Part shown: positions 32,284 through 41,846 of the stretch, in pieces | Layout: every line of letters starts with the position of its first letter | Position numbering within the stretch: the stretch's first letter is position 1 | Source of the DNA: an uncultured Candidatus Saccharibacteria bacterium | GTDB lineage: Bacteria > Patescibacteriota > Saccharimonadia > Saccharimonadales > UBA4665 | Direction: 5' to 3' | Assembly (NCBI GenBank): GCA_964622365.1 | Contig: CAZUPM010000002.1 | Location: 1 to 41,897, forward strand | Length of the DNA: 41,897 nt | Translations under genes and position numbers: made by a program | The notes under the pieces: model-generated | The model's database searches: none | What the model was told of the DNA's origin: nothing | What the model saw: only the letters and a program-made list of their open reading frames with translations

Positions 32284-33261
32284 CTACTCCAAATTAGAAG
32301 ACAAAGATTTATCTACTATAAATAAAGGCCGCTTTTGTGTCTGCGCATGTATGTGGGACAGGTAAACCGAAATCAAGCCTTGCGCGCTTAAAACTATACC
32401 TACCATAAATAACAATAATACACTTAACATAGCCGTGCCGGTAAATTTTAGCCTCAACGGATCGCGTAGCAATAGCTGCTCTATTATGATAAAAAGCCCA
32501 AACAGGAAAGAGAGAAAAGTTAAAGCAGCTCCCACATATCCGATAAAATACAGAGGCTTCATTGATAGTGACACGAAACTATTTACAGCTAAACCGAATA
32601 ATTTAGAAAACTTATACTTTGCTTTGCCAACCAGCCGCTCCTTAGCATGAAAATCTACATAAGCACGCTGGAATCCCATCCAGTCGATGATCCCACGCGT
32701 TATCCTGTAGCGCTCGTCAAACTGCAAGAATTGCTCTCTTACTGATTTGTCAATTAATCTAAAGTCAGTGCTGCCCGGTTCAAGTGTCATGCCACCAACC
32801 ACGTTGAATAATTTATAAAAAATTTTAGAGCCGTAACGTTTTATAAAGCCTTCTTTTTGGTTTGACTTTCTTAACCCCACGACGACTTTGTTGCCTTTTT
32901 GCCAAGACTTTATAAATTCGGGAATCACTTCTGGTGGATGCTGGCCATCGCCATCCAGCATTATAGTAGCTTCACCTCGGGAGTAAGATATGCCTGCGCT
33001 TGTGGCGATTTCTTTTCCGAAGTTTTTTGACAAACTTACTAATTCCACCATTTTACCGCTGCTTTTATTAGTAACAGACCTGGCTGATTCTACCGTGTTA
33101 TCAGTACTACCATCATTTACATATATAATTTCGTAGCCGTCAGGCAAAGCAAGACTTTCCAACACCTTAACTAAAGATCCGTGAAACTGCTTAAATCCTC
33201 GTTCTTCGTTAAATATTGGCACTACTACAGAAACAGTTGGGGCATAAGTCTTAATAGGCAT
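32284..33261 (-). CDS. GT2 polyprenyl-phosphate glycosyltransferase (GtrB/ArnC/DPM1-like)
   Basis: Diagnostic segments are VSVVVPIFNEE, YVNDGSTDNT and MLDGDGQHPP, with two C-terminal TM helices. I prefer the start at ATG 33261 (MPIKTYAPT...). Confidence 0.85.
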   Translation of the reverse strand: MPIKTYAPTVSVVVPIFNEERGFKQFHGSLVKVLESLALPDGYEIIYVNDGSTDNTVESARSVTNKSSGKMVELVSLSKNFGKEIATSAGISYSRGEATIMLDGDGQHPPEVIPEFIKSWQKGNKVVVGLRKSNQKEGFIKRYGSKIFYKLFNVVGGMTLEPGSTDFRLIDKSVREQFLQFDERYRITRGIIDWMGFQRAYVDFHAKERLVGKAKYKFSKLFGLAVNSFVSLSMKPLYFIGYVGAALTFLSFLFGLFIIIEQLLLRDPLRLKFTGTAMLSVLLLFMVGIVLSAQGLISVYLSHIHAQTQKRPLFIVDKSLSSNLE

Positions 33262-33371
33262 CGAGCATATTATATATAAAATTCTTACATCAAAAAACGA
33301 GAACACATCGCCTGGCTCATTTTTTATGGCAAGACCGGTTGGTGTATAATGTATCCTAAGCGATAAAAACT

Positions 33372-34253
33372 ATGAGTGTAGGGTCTATAGATAACACGCA
33401 GTGCTGCTGTCTCAACAACATCTGGGATACAAGCACATATAAATTATTAGAAATCTGTAAAACCTGCGGTCTAGGCAGGGCGAAAGAAATGCCTAGCGAA
33501 AAAGAATTAGTTGATTATTACCAAAAAGATTATTTTTTTGGCGATGAGTACGTCGATTACGTAAAGGACAGAAAAGCTCTAGAAAAAAATTTTTCAAAGC
33601 GGATCGACCTACTGCTGGATTTGTGCGAGAAAAAAAACAACCTGCGCGTCTGCGAGATCGGATCTGCTTACGGGTTTTTCCTGAACCTTATCAAACCCTA
33701 TGCCGCTAAGACAATCGGGTTCGAGTCGGGGAAGGATGGCGTGGCGTTTGCCAATAAAACGTTCAACGTCAACACCTCGACCAGGGATTTTTTAAAAGCA
33801 AGTATAAAAGAGAAACAGGATCTGTTTGTGATGTGGGATGTCATAGAGCACTTAAGGTATCCGGAAAAATATGTCGAAAAAGCCTCTCAGTTACTAAAAC
33901 AGGGAGGGGTATTCGCTTTGACAACGGGTGATATCGGAGCATTGGTTGCCAAAATGAAAAAAGATAAGTGGCGCATGATCCACCCGCCAACCCACCTTTA
34001 TTACTTTACAAAAAAATCTCTTTTGGTTCTGCTTGAAAGGTATGGTTTTGAGCCATTGGTGGTAAATTATCCGCCACACTACAGGAATCTGGGTTCCGTA
34101 ATTGGTATGATAAAACTCGACAGAGAACGCAAACAAAAACCAAGCCGAATTGTAGATTTTTTTGAAAATGTAGCGAACGCGACCGGCTTACATAGAATAA
34201 ATTTTGGCGTGAATACACGGGACATAGTTTTTATCGCCGCTCGCAAAAAATAA
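33372..34253 (+). CDS. Class I SAM-dependent methyltransferase with an N-terminal Cys cluster
   Basis: Motif I is VCEIGSAYGFFL, the acidic post-I residue is in TIGFESGKD, and a DLFVMWDVIEHL segment follows. The N-terminus reads CCCLNN...CKTCG. Confidence 0.75.
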   Translation: MSVGSIDNTQCCCLNNIWDTSTYKLLEICKTCGLGRAKEMPSEKELVDYYQKDYFFGDEYVDYVKDRKALEKNFSKRIDLLLDLCEKKNNLRVCEIGSAYGFFLNLIKPYAAKTIGFESGKDGVAFANKTFNVNTSTRDFLKASIKEKQDLFVMWDVIEHLRYPEKYVEKASQLLKQGGVFALTTGDIGALVAKMKKDKWRMIHPPTHLYYFTKKSLLVLLERYGFEPLVVNYPPHYRNLGSVIGMIKLDRERKQKPSRIVDFFENVANATGLHRINFGVNTRDIVFIAARKK

Positions 34254-34287
34254 TTCGGCTAACCAGGAACTGCTATTATATAAGACA

Positions 34288-35316
34288 ATGATAGTCGTAA
34301 TAATCGCGGGTGGTTCAGGTACTCGCCTATGGCCGCTTTCTACCCCCGAATACCCTAAGCATTTGCTAAAAATCAATGGCGATGAACGCTCGCTGGTTCA
34401 ACGTACTTACGAGCGGGCCAAGCTATTAACTGACAAAATTTACGTCGTTACCGAAAAGGGCCAGCTGCATCATATAAAAAAGCAGCTTAGCGAGCTTAAA
34501 GACGAAGTGTTCATAGCTGAACCGGCACGGCGCGGCACGGCCAGCTGCATTTTGGCGGCCTTAACCAGGATAACTGATAAGGATGGACCAATTGTTTTTT
34601 TAGCGGCAGACCATTATGTGCGCGATTCCAAAGGTTTTGCCCATAGCTTTAAGTTGGCGGCCGAAACTTCGGAAAAGTATGGCCGGATTGTTTTAGTGGG
34701 TGCCGAACCGGATTACCCGGCCACCGGCTTTGGCTACATCCAAAAAGACGGTCTACTGGACGAGGACTCGTTCATATTTAACGTGCATTCGTTCAAAGAA
34801 AAGCCGGATCACGACACGGCTTTGAAATATCTGGCCAGCGGTAATTACCTATGGAACTGTGGTTATTTTGTTGGCTCGGTGAATACCTTTGAAAAGGCCA
34901 TGAAAACTTTCGCACCCCGGCTTTTTAAAAGCTATCAAGAACTACTGACCGCCACGCCAACGGCTCACGAGCAAGTTTATTTAGGTTTGGAAAACATATC
35001 CATCGACTACGCGCTTATAGAAAACACCAAAGACTTGCTGGTGGTGCCGGCCTCGTTCGACTGGTTGGACTTGGGCTCGTACAGCGAACTGCACAAGGCT
35101 GTTGGTAGCGACAAACAGGGCAACAATATCTACGGCAAGGTCCTAACGGAAGAAGTGGAAAATTCTTATATATATAATGACGAAACTAAACCAGTGGCCG
35201 TTATCGGGCTCGATAACATAGCCGTGGTTAATGCACCTAACGGCCTGCTCGTAACCCGTAAAGACCTGGCGCAAAAAGTCGGCGAATTAAGCAAACGGTT
35301 TAACAGCCAGAAATGA
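34288..35316 (+). CDS. manC: Mannose-1-phosphate guanylyltransferase (no PMI/cupin domain)
   Basis: The N-terminus is IIAGGSGTRLWPLS with a nucleotidyltransferase fold. At 342 aa the protein is too short for the bifunctional form. Confidence 0.85.
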   Translation: MIVVIIAGGSGTRLWPLSTPEYPKHLLKINGDERSLVQRTYERAKLLTDKIYVVTEKGQLHHIKKQLSELKDEVFIAEPARRGTASCILAALTRITDKDGPIVFLAADHYVRDSKGFAHSFKLAAETSEKYGRIVLVGAEPDYPATGFGYIQKDGLLDEDSFIFNVHSFKEKPDHDTALKYLASGNYLWNCGYFVGSVNTFEKAMKTFAPRLFKSYQELLTATPTAHEQVYLGLENISIDYALIENTKDLLVVPASFDWLDLGSYSELHKAVGSDKQGNNIYGKVLTEEVENSYIYNDETKPVAVIGLDNIAVVNAPNGLLVTRKDLAQKVGELSKRFNSQK

Positions 35317-36086
35317 AAAAAGTTATAGCCTTTGATCTGGACGGAACGCTAGCCGAAAGCAAATCGCCCTTGCCGGACCGTATTAGCGAGTTGCTGGATA
35401 GGCTTTTAAGTAAATTTGAGGTTTGCGTGATGTCAGGCGGCAAGTTTGAACAGTTTGAAAAGCAGTTGCTTAATAACCTCCGCACGGAACCTCGCAAACT
35501 AGAACACTTACACCTTATGCCAACATGCGGTACGCGTTATTATAGGTTCGATCGGGCCAAAAAAGGTTGGCAGCAAATTTATGCCGAGGATTTTAACGAA
35601 AAACAAAAACAGGAAATCATAACCGCTATAAAAGAAGTGACTGAAGAGCTCGGTTACGATAAAGCCAAAACTTGGGGCGAGCAAATTGAAGACCGTGGCA
35701 GCCAGGTTTCTTGGTCGGCCTTGGGCCAGGACATAGTTGACGCGCTAGGTAAAGAAGGTGTGGTCATGAAGGAACGGTGGGACCCGGACAATCAGAAAAA
35801 AGCTAAAATGCGTGAGATATTGGCCAGGCGTTTACCGGACTTTGAAATACGGGCTGGGGGCGCCACCACAATTGATATTACCAAACCCGGCATAGATAAA
35901 GCATACGGAATCCAAAGACTGATAGGCGAGCTTAAGGTAAAAAAAGAAGAGATTTTATTTATTGGCGATCGTTTAGCAAAAGGCGGCAACGATTACCCGG
36001 TCAAAGCTATGGGCGTTGATAGTATTGAGATTTCCCACTGGCAGGAAACAGCCGTAGCCATAGAAACCATTTTGCACATGGCGTAA
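35313..36086 (+). CDS. HAD-IIB hydrolase-fold protein, candidate eukaryotic-type phosphomannomutase
   Basis: It has the DxD motif FDLDGTLAES. VMSGGKFEQFEKQL and IDITKPGIDKAYGI resemble the PMM GGSD...EQL and DVFPxGWDK segments. The ATGA overlaps manC. Confidence 0.6.
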   Translation: MKKVIAFDLDGTLAESKSPLPDRISELLDRLLSKFEVCVMSGGKFEQFEKQLLNNLRTEPRKLEHLHLMPTCGTRYYRFDRAKKGWQQIYAEDFNEKQKQEIITAIKEVTEELGYDKAKTWGEQIEDRGSQVSWSALGQDIVDALGKEGVVMKERWDPDNQKKAKMREILARRLPDFEIRAGGATTIDITKPGIDKAYGIQRLIGELKVKKEEILFIGDRLAKGGNDYPVKAMGVDSIEISHWQETAVAIETILHMA

Positions 36087-36088
36087 GC

Positions 36089-37093
36089 CTACTTGATTAT
36101 TTGGTGCCAGCGCCAGGCATCGCGCACGGCGTCGTCAATGGTTTTAGTGGCTTGCCAGCCTAATTCTTGTTTGGCTTTTTTGACTGACGCATAATAGCCG
36201 GCCGGATCACCCGGACGCCTGACACCTAGCTTATATGGCACCTTTACGCCATTAGTTTTCTCAAAAGTTTTTATTAACTCCAGCACACTCACCGGTGTAC
36301 CTGTACCCACATTATACGTATGGTAATTGCCGTTTAAATCGCTAAGCTTTGACAGCGCTTTAACATAAGCCTTGGCTAAATCTACGACATGAATGTAATC
36401 ACGCAAACAAGTTCCGTCTGGCGTCGGGTAATCATTGCCGAAAATGGTAAGCGGCGGAGTTTTTTTGGCCGCGGCTTGCACGATGACCGGCAAAAGATTT
36501 TGCGGCTTGCCTTTTGGGAGCTCACCAATCAATGCCGACTCATGGGAACCGACCACATTAAAGTAGCGTAGAGAAACACATTTAAAATCGCGATTAGCCT
36601 TACAAGTATCGCTCAAAATAACTTCGCCCATAAACTTGCTCCAACCGTATGGCGAAGTCGGGTTGCACGCTGTTTCTTCTGCGACCACATCGTCTACAGG
36701 GCTACCGTAAACAGCGGCGCTAGACGAAAAAATGAAATTCTTGACACCTTTATCCAGAGCTACTTGTAACAGTGAAATCAAACCGCCAACATTGTTTTCG
36801 TAGTATTTGAGGGGCTGCTCAACTGATCCGCCCACAGCCTTATAAGCGGCCAGGTGTATGACGGCCGTGATTTTTTCTTTTGCTATAATTTTTTCCATTG
36901 CCGCTGTGTCTTGATAACTTTGCTTATAGAAAGCCGGTTTACTGCCCAGCAGGCTAGCTAACCTCTTTAAAATGGAGCTCTCCGAATTACTTAGGTTATC
37001 TGCAATGACCGGCCGATAACCGGCATTGGCAAGTTCAACTACAACATGCGACCCGATAAAGCCCGCGCCGCCTGTGATGAGGATTGATCACAT
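36089..37093 (-). CDS. galE: UDP-glucose 4-epimerase with an in-frame TGA as codon 2
   Basis: The track ORF (36089..36898) lacks the NAD-binding N-terminus. The same frame stays open upstream and encodes SILITGGAGFIGSHVVVELANAGYRPVIADNLSNS... back to TGA (37088-37090), which directly follows ATG (37091-37093). The true initiation codon is unresolved. Confidence 0.7.
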
Positions 37094-37097
37094 AGGC

Positions 37098-38918
37098 TTA
37101 TTCTACCGTTACCGACTTAGCCAGGTTACGTGGTCGGTCGACATTCAATCCACAGCTTGCCGCGATATAGTAAGCGAGCAACTGTAAAACGATAGCCAGC
37201 AATAAAGGTTGGGTTTGTTCGAGCGTGTCGGGGATGTAAATAATATCGTCGGCTAACCCCTTGATTTTGTGATTGCCTTCAGTAGCTATGGCAATTATGG
37301 GCCCTTTGCGCGCCCGGATTTCTTCTATATTGGAATAAGTTTTTTGCAGCAGCGGGGAGTCCGTAGCTACAACTAAAGAAGGAAAATCCTCATTAATCAG
37401 CGCTAACGGCCCATGCTTCATCTCTCCGGAGGCATAGCCCTCAGCGTGGATGTAAGAAACCTCTTTAAGCTTAAGCGCGCCTTCTAGTGCGCAAGGATAA
37501 CCGTACCCCCGGCCTATAAACAAAAAATCCCTATAGTTCTTGTATTTTTTGGCGGTTTTATTAATAAGCTCCGCCTGGCTTAAAACTTTCATGATCTTGT
37601 CTGGCAAAAGCTCTAGTTCTGCAAGCAAAGGCTTGAACAATTTTGTAGCGCCGTTACTTAAATGAAGCGCTATCAACGCCAGCACGGTAACCTGGGCTAT
37701 AAAAGCCTTGGTGCTAGCAACAGCTTGTTCTGGACCTGCGTGACAATAAACCCCGGCGTCGGTCATCCTGGCGATCGTACTGCCAACGGTATTGACTATG
37801 CCAAGGCGTAGTATGCCAAAATCCTCCACCTTTTTAAGGGCCGCTATGGTATCGGCGGTTTCACCCGATTGAGAAATGACTAAAATAGCGGTGCTGCGCG
37901 AAAACGGCTCGTTGCGATATTTAAATTCACTAGCCAGCTGTACCTCCACCGGCATACCAGCCACTTCTTCAATCAAGTACTCGCCAACTAACCCAGAATA
38001 GTAAGACGTGCCGCATGCCACGATTACCAAGCGGTCAATAAACTTCAGCTGGGTGGCAACATTTTCCAACCCGCCCAGCTTAACTAAATTCTTTTTGGCA
38101 CGGCCTGACGTTGCGGATCGAACGGTTTGTGGCGCCTCAAAAATTTCTTTAAGCATAAAGTGCGGGAAATTACCTAAAAGGGCCTGTTCTTTATCAAAGT
38201 CCAGTAACTCTGCCTTTGGCTTGATTGGCTGGCCTTTTTTTAGGTTGTGAACCACAAATTCATCGGAATTTAAAATAGCTATGTCGTAATCATTGAGATA
38301 TATGACTTTTCTGGTGTGGGGCAATAAAGCCGTCGCGTCCGAAGCTAAAATGAATTCATTTTTCCCAACACCTATAAGCAAGGGACTTGATAGCCGGGCA
38401 GCATAAAGTGTTTCTGGTTTGTGTGTCGTGGAAACAGCGATAGCGTAGGCGCCCCGCAGGTCCTGAAGAGCTGCCCTAAAGGCGCTTTCAAAATCACCCG
38501 ATTGCGAAAAGTAAAAATCTATTAGTTGGGGTATAACTTCCGTATCAGTATCGGACTTAAAAACATATCCGTTTTTTTGAAGCTTGGCCTTTAGCTCGGC
38601 GTAATTTTCGATGATACCATTATGTACCGCAAAAATAGTCTGGCTGGTATTGGTGTGTGGATGAGCGTTAACTTGGCTGGGGCTGCCGTGTGTTGCCCAT
38701 CGCGTGTGCCCTATAACCAGAGGAGCTGATAACTTTAGACGTTTGGCACTACCAGCTAAATTTTTTACTTGACCGACCTGTTTTAGTACTTTAGCACCAG
38801 TTTGATTAATTGAGGCTATACCGGCCGAATCGTAGCCTCTATATTCAAGTGACTGCAACCCGTCCAACACGATCTTTATGCCCGAGCGTTTGCCGATATA
38901 ACCAACGATTCCACACAT
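37098..38918 (-). CDS. glmS: Glutamine--fructose-6-phosphate aminotransferase
   Basis: The Ntn amidotransferase N-terminus is MCGIVGYIG, followed by two SIS domains. The protein is 606 aa and ends ...KSVTVE. Confidence 0.97.
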   Translation of the reverse strand: MCGIVGYIGKRSGIKIVLDGLQSLEYRGYDSAGIASINQTGAKVLKQVGQVKNLAGSAKRLKLSAPLVIGHTRWATHGSPSQVNAHPHTNTSQTIFAVHNGIIENYAELKAKLQKNGYVFKSDTDTEVIPQLIDFYFSQSGDFESAFRAALQDLRGAYAIAVSTTHKPETLYAARLSSPLLIGVGKNEFILASDATALLPHTRKVIYLNDYDIAILNSDEFVVHNLKKGQPIKPKAELLDFDKEQALLGNFPHFMLKEIFEAPQTVRSATSGRAKKNLVKLGGLENVATQLKFIDRLVIVACGTSYYSGLVGEYLIEEVAGMPVEVQLASEFKYRNEPFSRSTAILVISQSGETADTIAALKKVEDFGILRLGIVNTVGSTIARMTDAGVYCHAGPEQAVASTKAFIAQVTVLALIALHLSNGATKLFKPLLAELELLPDKIMKVLSQAELINKTAKKYKNYRDFLFIGRGYGYPCALEGALKLKEVSYIHAEGYASGEMKHGPLALINEDFPSLVVATDSPLLQKTYSNIEEIRARKGPIIAIATEGNHKIKGLADDIIYIPDTLEQTQPLLLAIVLQLLAYYIAASCGLNVDRPRNLAKSVTVE

Positions 38919-39249
38919 GTATTCTGTTAATTGAAACCATGCTTAAGTATCCTATTAGTTTAGCTGAGCTAAATGGAGAAAACAAACAAGGCGATAGCTG
39001 TGAAATTTAGCAAAATAAAACGCTGTTGTTTGCAGCACGCCCAATACTTGCTTTATAAATTTCCGTTAAGTGTTTTCTTTATCTAAGTAACAAATATGCC
39101 GATAAGACATGGCTGGCAGGGGCAGTAAGCGTGAATATTATATTATGTAGCACCAAGGGCAATCCTTTTGGCCATGTTGCCTCAGTGATTAAAAGACGCG
39201 AATCTCCACCATTTGGTTGGTTGAATATGGCCGGGTATGATTAGCTGTA

Positions 39250-40380
39250 CTACATTTTGGACTGGACGAGTTCTATAAATCTTTGGCGGAAAGCTTCGGC
39301 GGAAAAAGGGCGGGCGCTGGCTGCCACGTCGCGGTAATCAAAACGCAGCTTTTGAAATTTAAGTATTGTCGCCACCAGGCTGTCTTTTGTCTGCGCTTCA
39401 AAAAACAAACCGTTTTCACCGTCTTTTATATAATCTAGTGCTCCACCTATCCGATAAGCGATAACCGGCGTGCCGGCTGCCAAGGCCTCAACCGGCGCGA
39501 CACCGAAATCTTCAAAGGCCGCGAACAAAAAGGCCTCGGCGCCGGCCAGCAAACCCGGCATCTGAGCATCCGAAACATTGGTGAAAAATTCTATGGTTGG
39601 CCCTGCAATTTTTACTAAATTCTCATGCTCCGGCCCTTTGCCAATTACTTTTAACGGCGCGCCGAGCCGGCTGCAGGCGCTTATTAATAAGTCGATCCTT
39701 TTGTATGGGACCTGCCGGCCGGTGGTTATAAAACCGCTCCGTTGATTTGAGATTTGGGATTGGGGACTTGAAAATCGTTCAATGTCGACTGGCGGCGGTA
39801 TGACTACCGCATCACGGCCGTAATACTTTTTAATATCTGCCTGTATATAAGTAGAATTTGCAACAAAATAAGTCGGCCGCTGCGCCGCTTTATAATCCCA
39901 GCGCCTTAAAGGCCCGACCAAAAGTTTTAGGCCTAACCTGGCCAAAGGGTTAAAAACACCGAAACCAGGGTTCTTTTTGTACTTATCGTAATGCCGCCAG
40001 TAAAAGTGGGTGGGTGTGTGGCAATAGCAAATATGGGTCGTGCCAATTGGTACCCTTACTCCCTTGGCCTCGCCATTGCCCGAACTGCTGATAACCAAGT
40101 CGTAGCCTTTAAGTTTAAGTCGGCTGAACCACCAGATGCGTAGTACGGGCAGGAACTTGCGCAGCCTGCCTAGATGTTGCAACCAGCCGGTAACGACTTT
40201 GCCATCCAACTTTTGGCGCCATTCATCGCTACAATAAGATGTGTAAATCGGCGCGCTTGGAAAAATTTTATGGAGTTCGTAAACCACGCGTTCGGCGCCG
40301 CCGCCGTAAAGCCAATCGGCCACAATCGCCACTGTGGGGGTGGGCAGTGGAGGATGGAAAGTTGGGGAGGCTGGCTTCAT
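39250..40380 (-). CDS. Glycosyltransferase, GT4 family
   Basis: The C-terminal motif is AAFEDFGVAPVEALAAGTPVIAYRIGG. Confidence 0.85.
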   Translation of the reverse strand: MKPASPTFHPPLPTPTVAIVADWLYGGGAERVVYELHKIFPSAPIYTSYCSDEWRQKLDGKVVTGWLQHLGRLRKFLPVLRIWWFSRLKLKGYDLVISSSGNGEAKGVRVPIGTTHICYCHTPTHFYWRHYDKYKKNPGFGVFNPLARLGLKLLVGPLRRWDYKAAQRPTYFVANSTYIQADIKKYYGRDAVVIPPPVDIERFSSPQSQISNQRSGFITTGRQVPYKRIDLLISACSRLGAPLKVIGKGPEHENLVKIAGPTIEFFTNVSDAQMPGLLAGAEAFLFAAFEDFGVAPVEALAAGTPVIAYRIGGALDYIKDGENGLFFEAQTKDSLVATILKFQKLRFDYRDVAASARPFSAEAFRQRFIELVQSKM

Positions 40381-40424
40381 TTTTTATTGAAAGGCTTCTT
40401 TATATACCAAATTTCAATTTCTTT

Positions 40425-41846
40425 TTAAGAACCTTTTAAGACGACCCGCACGGTTTTAGCCAAAATCACCAGGTCCATCCAAAACGTCCAATTCTGCACG
40501 TAGTACATGTCAAGGTTACGCCGTTCCTCAGGCGCAATATAATTGCGGCCGGAGACTTGCGCCAGCCCAGTAAGGCCGGACTTAACGCTTAAAATAACGT
40601 GACGCTTTTCGTAGCTTGCCAAGTCTTGCGGCAAAAGCGCCCGCGGACCGACCAAACTTAAATCGCCGACCATTACGTTAAAAAGCTGTGGCAATTCGTC
40701 CAGACTGGTTTTTCTTAAAAACCTTCCTAAAGGCGTGATCCTTGGATCATTTTTCAAAAAATTGCCATTTTTACGAAACTTCTCTAAAAGGTCCGGGCGG
40801 CCAAGTTTTGCGAAACCTTCCTCTGGCGTACCGTCGTATTTTGGGTTTTGCGTGTGGAATTTAAAGACTCTAAATTCATCGTTAAAGCGGGTTAACCTGG
40901 TTTGTCTGAAAAATATGGAACCGCCACCGGTTATCTTGATGGCTACAGCGATTATCAACATGAAAGGCAAAGCTATGGCTAGCAAAATCCCGCCCACCAA
41001 CAGGTCAAACACTCGTTTTACTATGCGCCCCCAGCCAACCAGCGCGGTTTGGTGCACGGCGATTACCGGCAGGGAATTGCGGAACAGCTCAACTTCCAGG
41101 TTGCCAACAAACAGCTCCGTATTACCGGGGACAAATTGGTAAGCGATGTGGTGTGTCTGAGCGAACTCCAAGACTTCCCGGTTGCGGGATTCGTCTGCGT
41201 ACAACTCAGTTTGAATTATGGTATTTATCGGGCTGTTAATTCCTTCAATAGCCTCGTTAAAACGGCGGAAGAGCGGGACCTGCCGGTGTTGTCCTACTAC
41301 TTGTTTGTTACCTACCACGCCCACCAAGGTGTAACCGGAACGGCTGTCCAGCAACGAATCAACCAGCTCGCTGGCAATTGTCGTATTGCCGACGATAAGC
41401 GCGTAATTTAGTCCAATTTTATAAGCGAACAATTTAGTCCTGAAAAACCGCGCCAGATTCCTGAAAACCAGTAAAAAGATATAAGCCAGCCCAAAGCCAA
41501 TAAGCGGTACAGACTTGGAGGGCAAAATCGGGTTGAGCGAGAGGTAATTCCAAAAGATTATAAACAGCATGCCCACGAACGAACCGACCAGCAACAAACC
41601 TAATTCGTTAAAACGTTTTTCGTAAATATTGCGCCGGTAAAGCCCAAGCAAAGAAAACAAAAAGATCCAAAAAGGCAGCATGACTAAAAAAACGCCGATG
41701 TAAGTCCGTATGTGAACAGGGTGGGCAACAGGCAGGTTAAAAAAATTAGCCCGGATTACGTAAGCGCCAATAAACGCCAGCAACAAAGCCAAAGTGTCCG
41801 CGGCAACTAAAAATAAGTTATAAATAAGCGTGGAATTGTTTTTCAT
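40425..41846 (-). CDS. Polyprenyl-phosphate sugar-1-phosphate transferase (WbaP/EPS priming enzyme type)
   Basis: Four or five N-terminal TM helices are followed by a central nucleotide-binding-like domain. The C-terminal Bac_transf-type motifs are FKFHTQ and DELPQLFNVMVGDLSLVGPRA. Confidence 0.88.
   Translation of the reverse strand: MKNNSTLIYNLFLVAADTLALLLAFIGAYVIRANFFNLPVAHPVHIRTYIGVFLVMLPFWIFLFSLLGLYRRNIYEKRFNELGLLLVGSFVGMLFIIFWNYLSLNPILPSKSVPLIGFGLAYIFLLVFRNLARFFRTKLFAYKIGLNYALIVGNTTIASELVDSLLDSRSGYTLVGVVGNKQVVGQHRQVPLFRRFNEAIEGINSPINTIIQTELYADESRNREVLEFAQTHHIAYQFVPGNTELFVGNLEVELFRNSLPVIAVHQTALVGWGRIVKRVFDLLVGGILLAIALPFMLIIAVAIKITGGGSIFFRQTRLTRFNDEFRVFKFHTQNPKYDGTPEEGFAKLGRPDLLEKFRKNGNFLKNDPRITPLGRFLRKTSLDELPQLFNVMVGDLSLVGPRALLPQDLASYEKRHVILSVKSGLTGLAQVSGRNYIAPEERRNLDMYYVQNWTFWMDLVILAKTVRVVLKGS

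Noticed and set aside
37088-37090. The in-frame TGA in galE as evidence of an alternative genetic code (UGA = Gly or Trp, as in some CPR lineages or mycoplasmas).
   Set aside because: TGA cleanly terminates several well-supported genes at the expected lengths (stops at 4874, 9666, 18734 and 23648). No other conserved gene here needs UGA read-through.
38919-39249. A glmS ribozyme in the glmS leader.
   Set aside because: By eye I could not find the conserved core sequence blocks on the minus strand. The question stays open only as an Rfam check (see findings).
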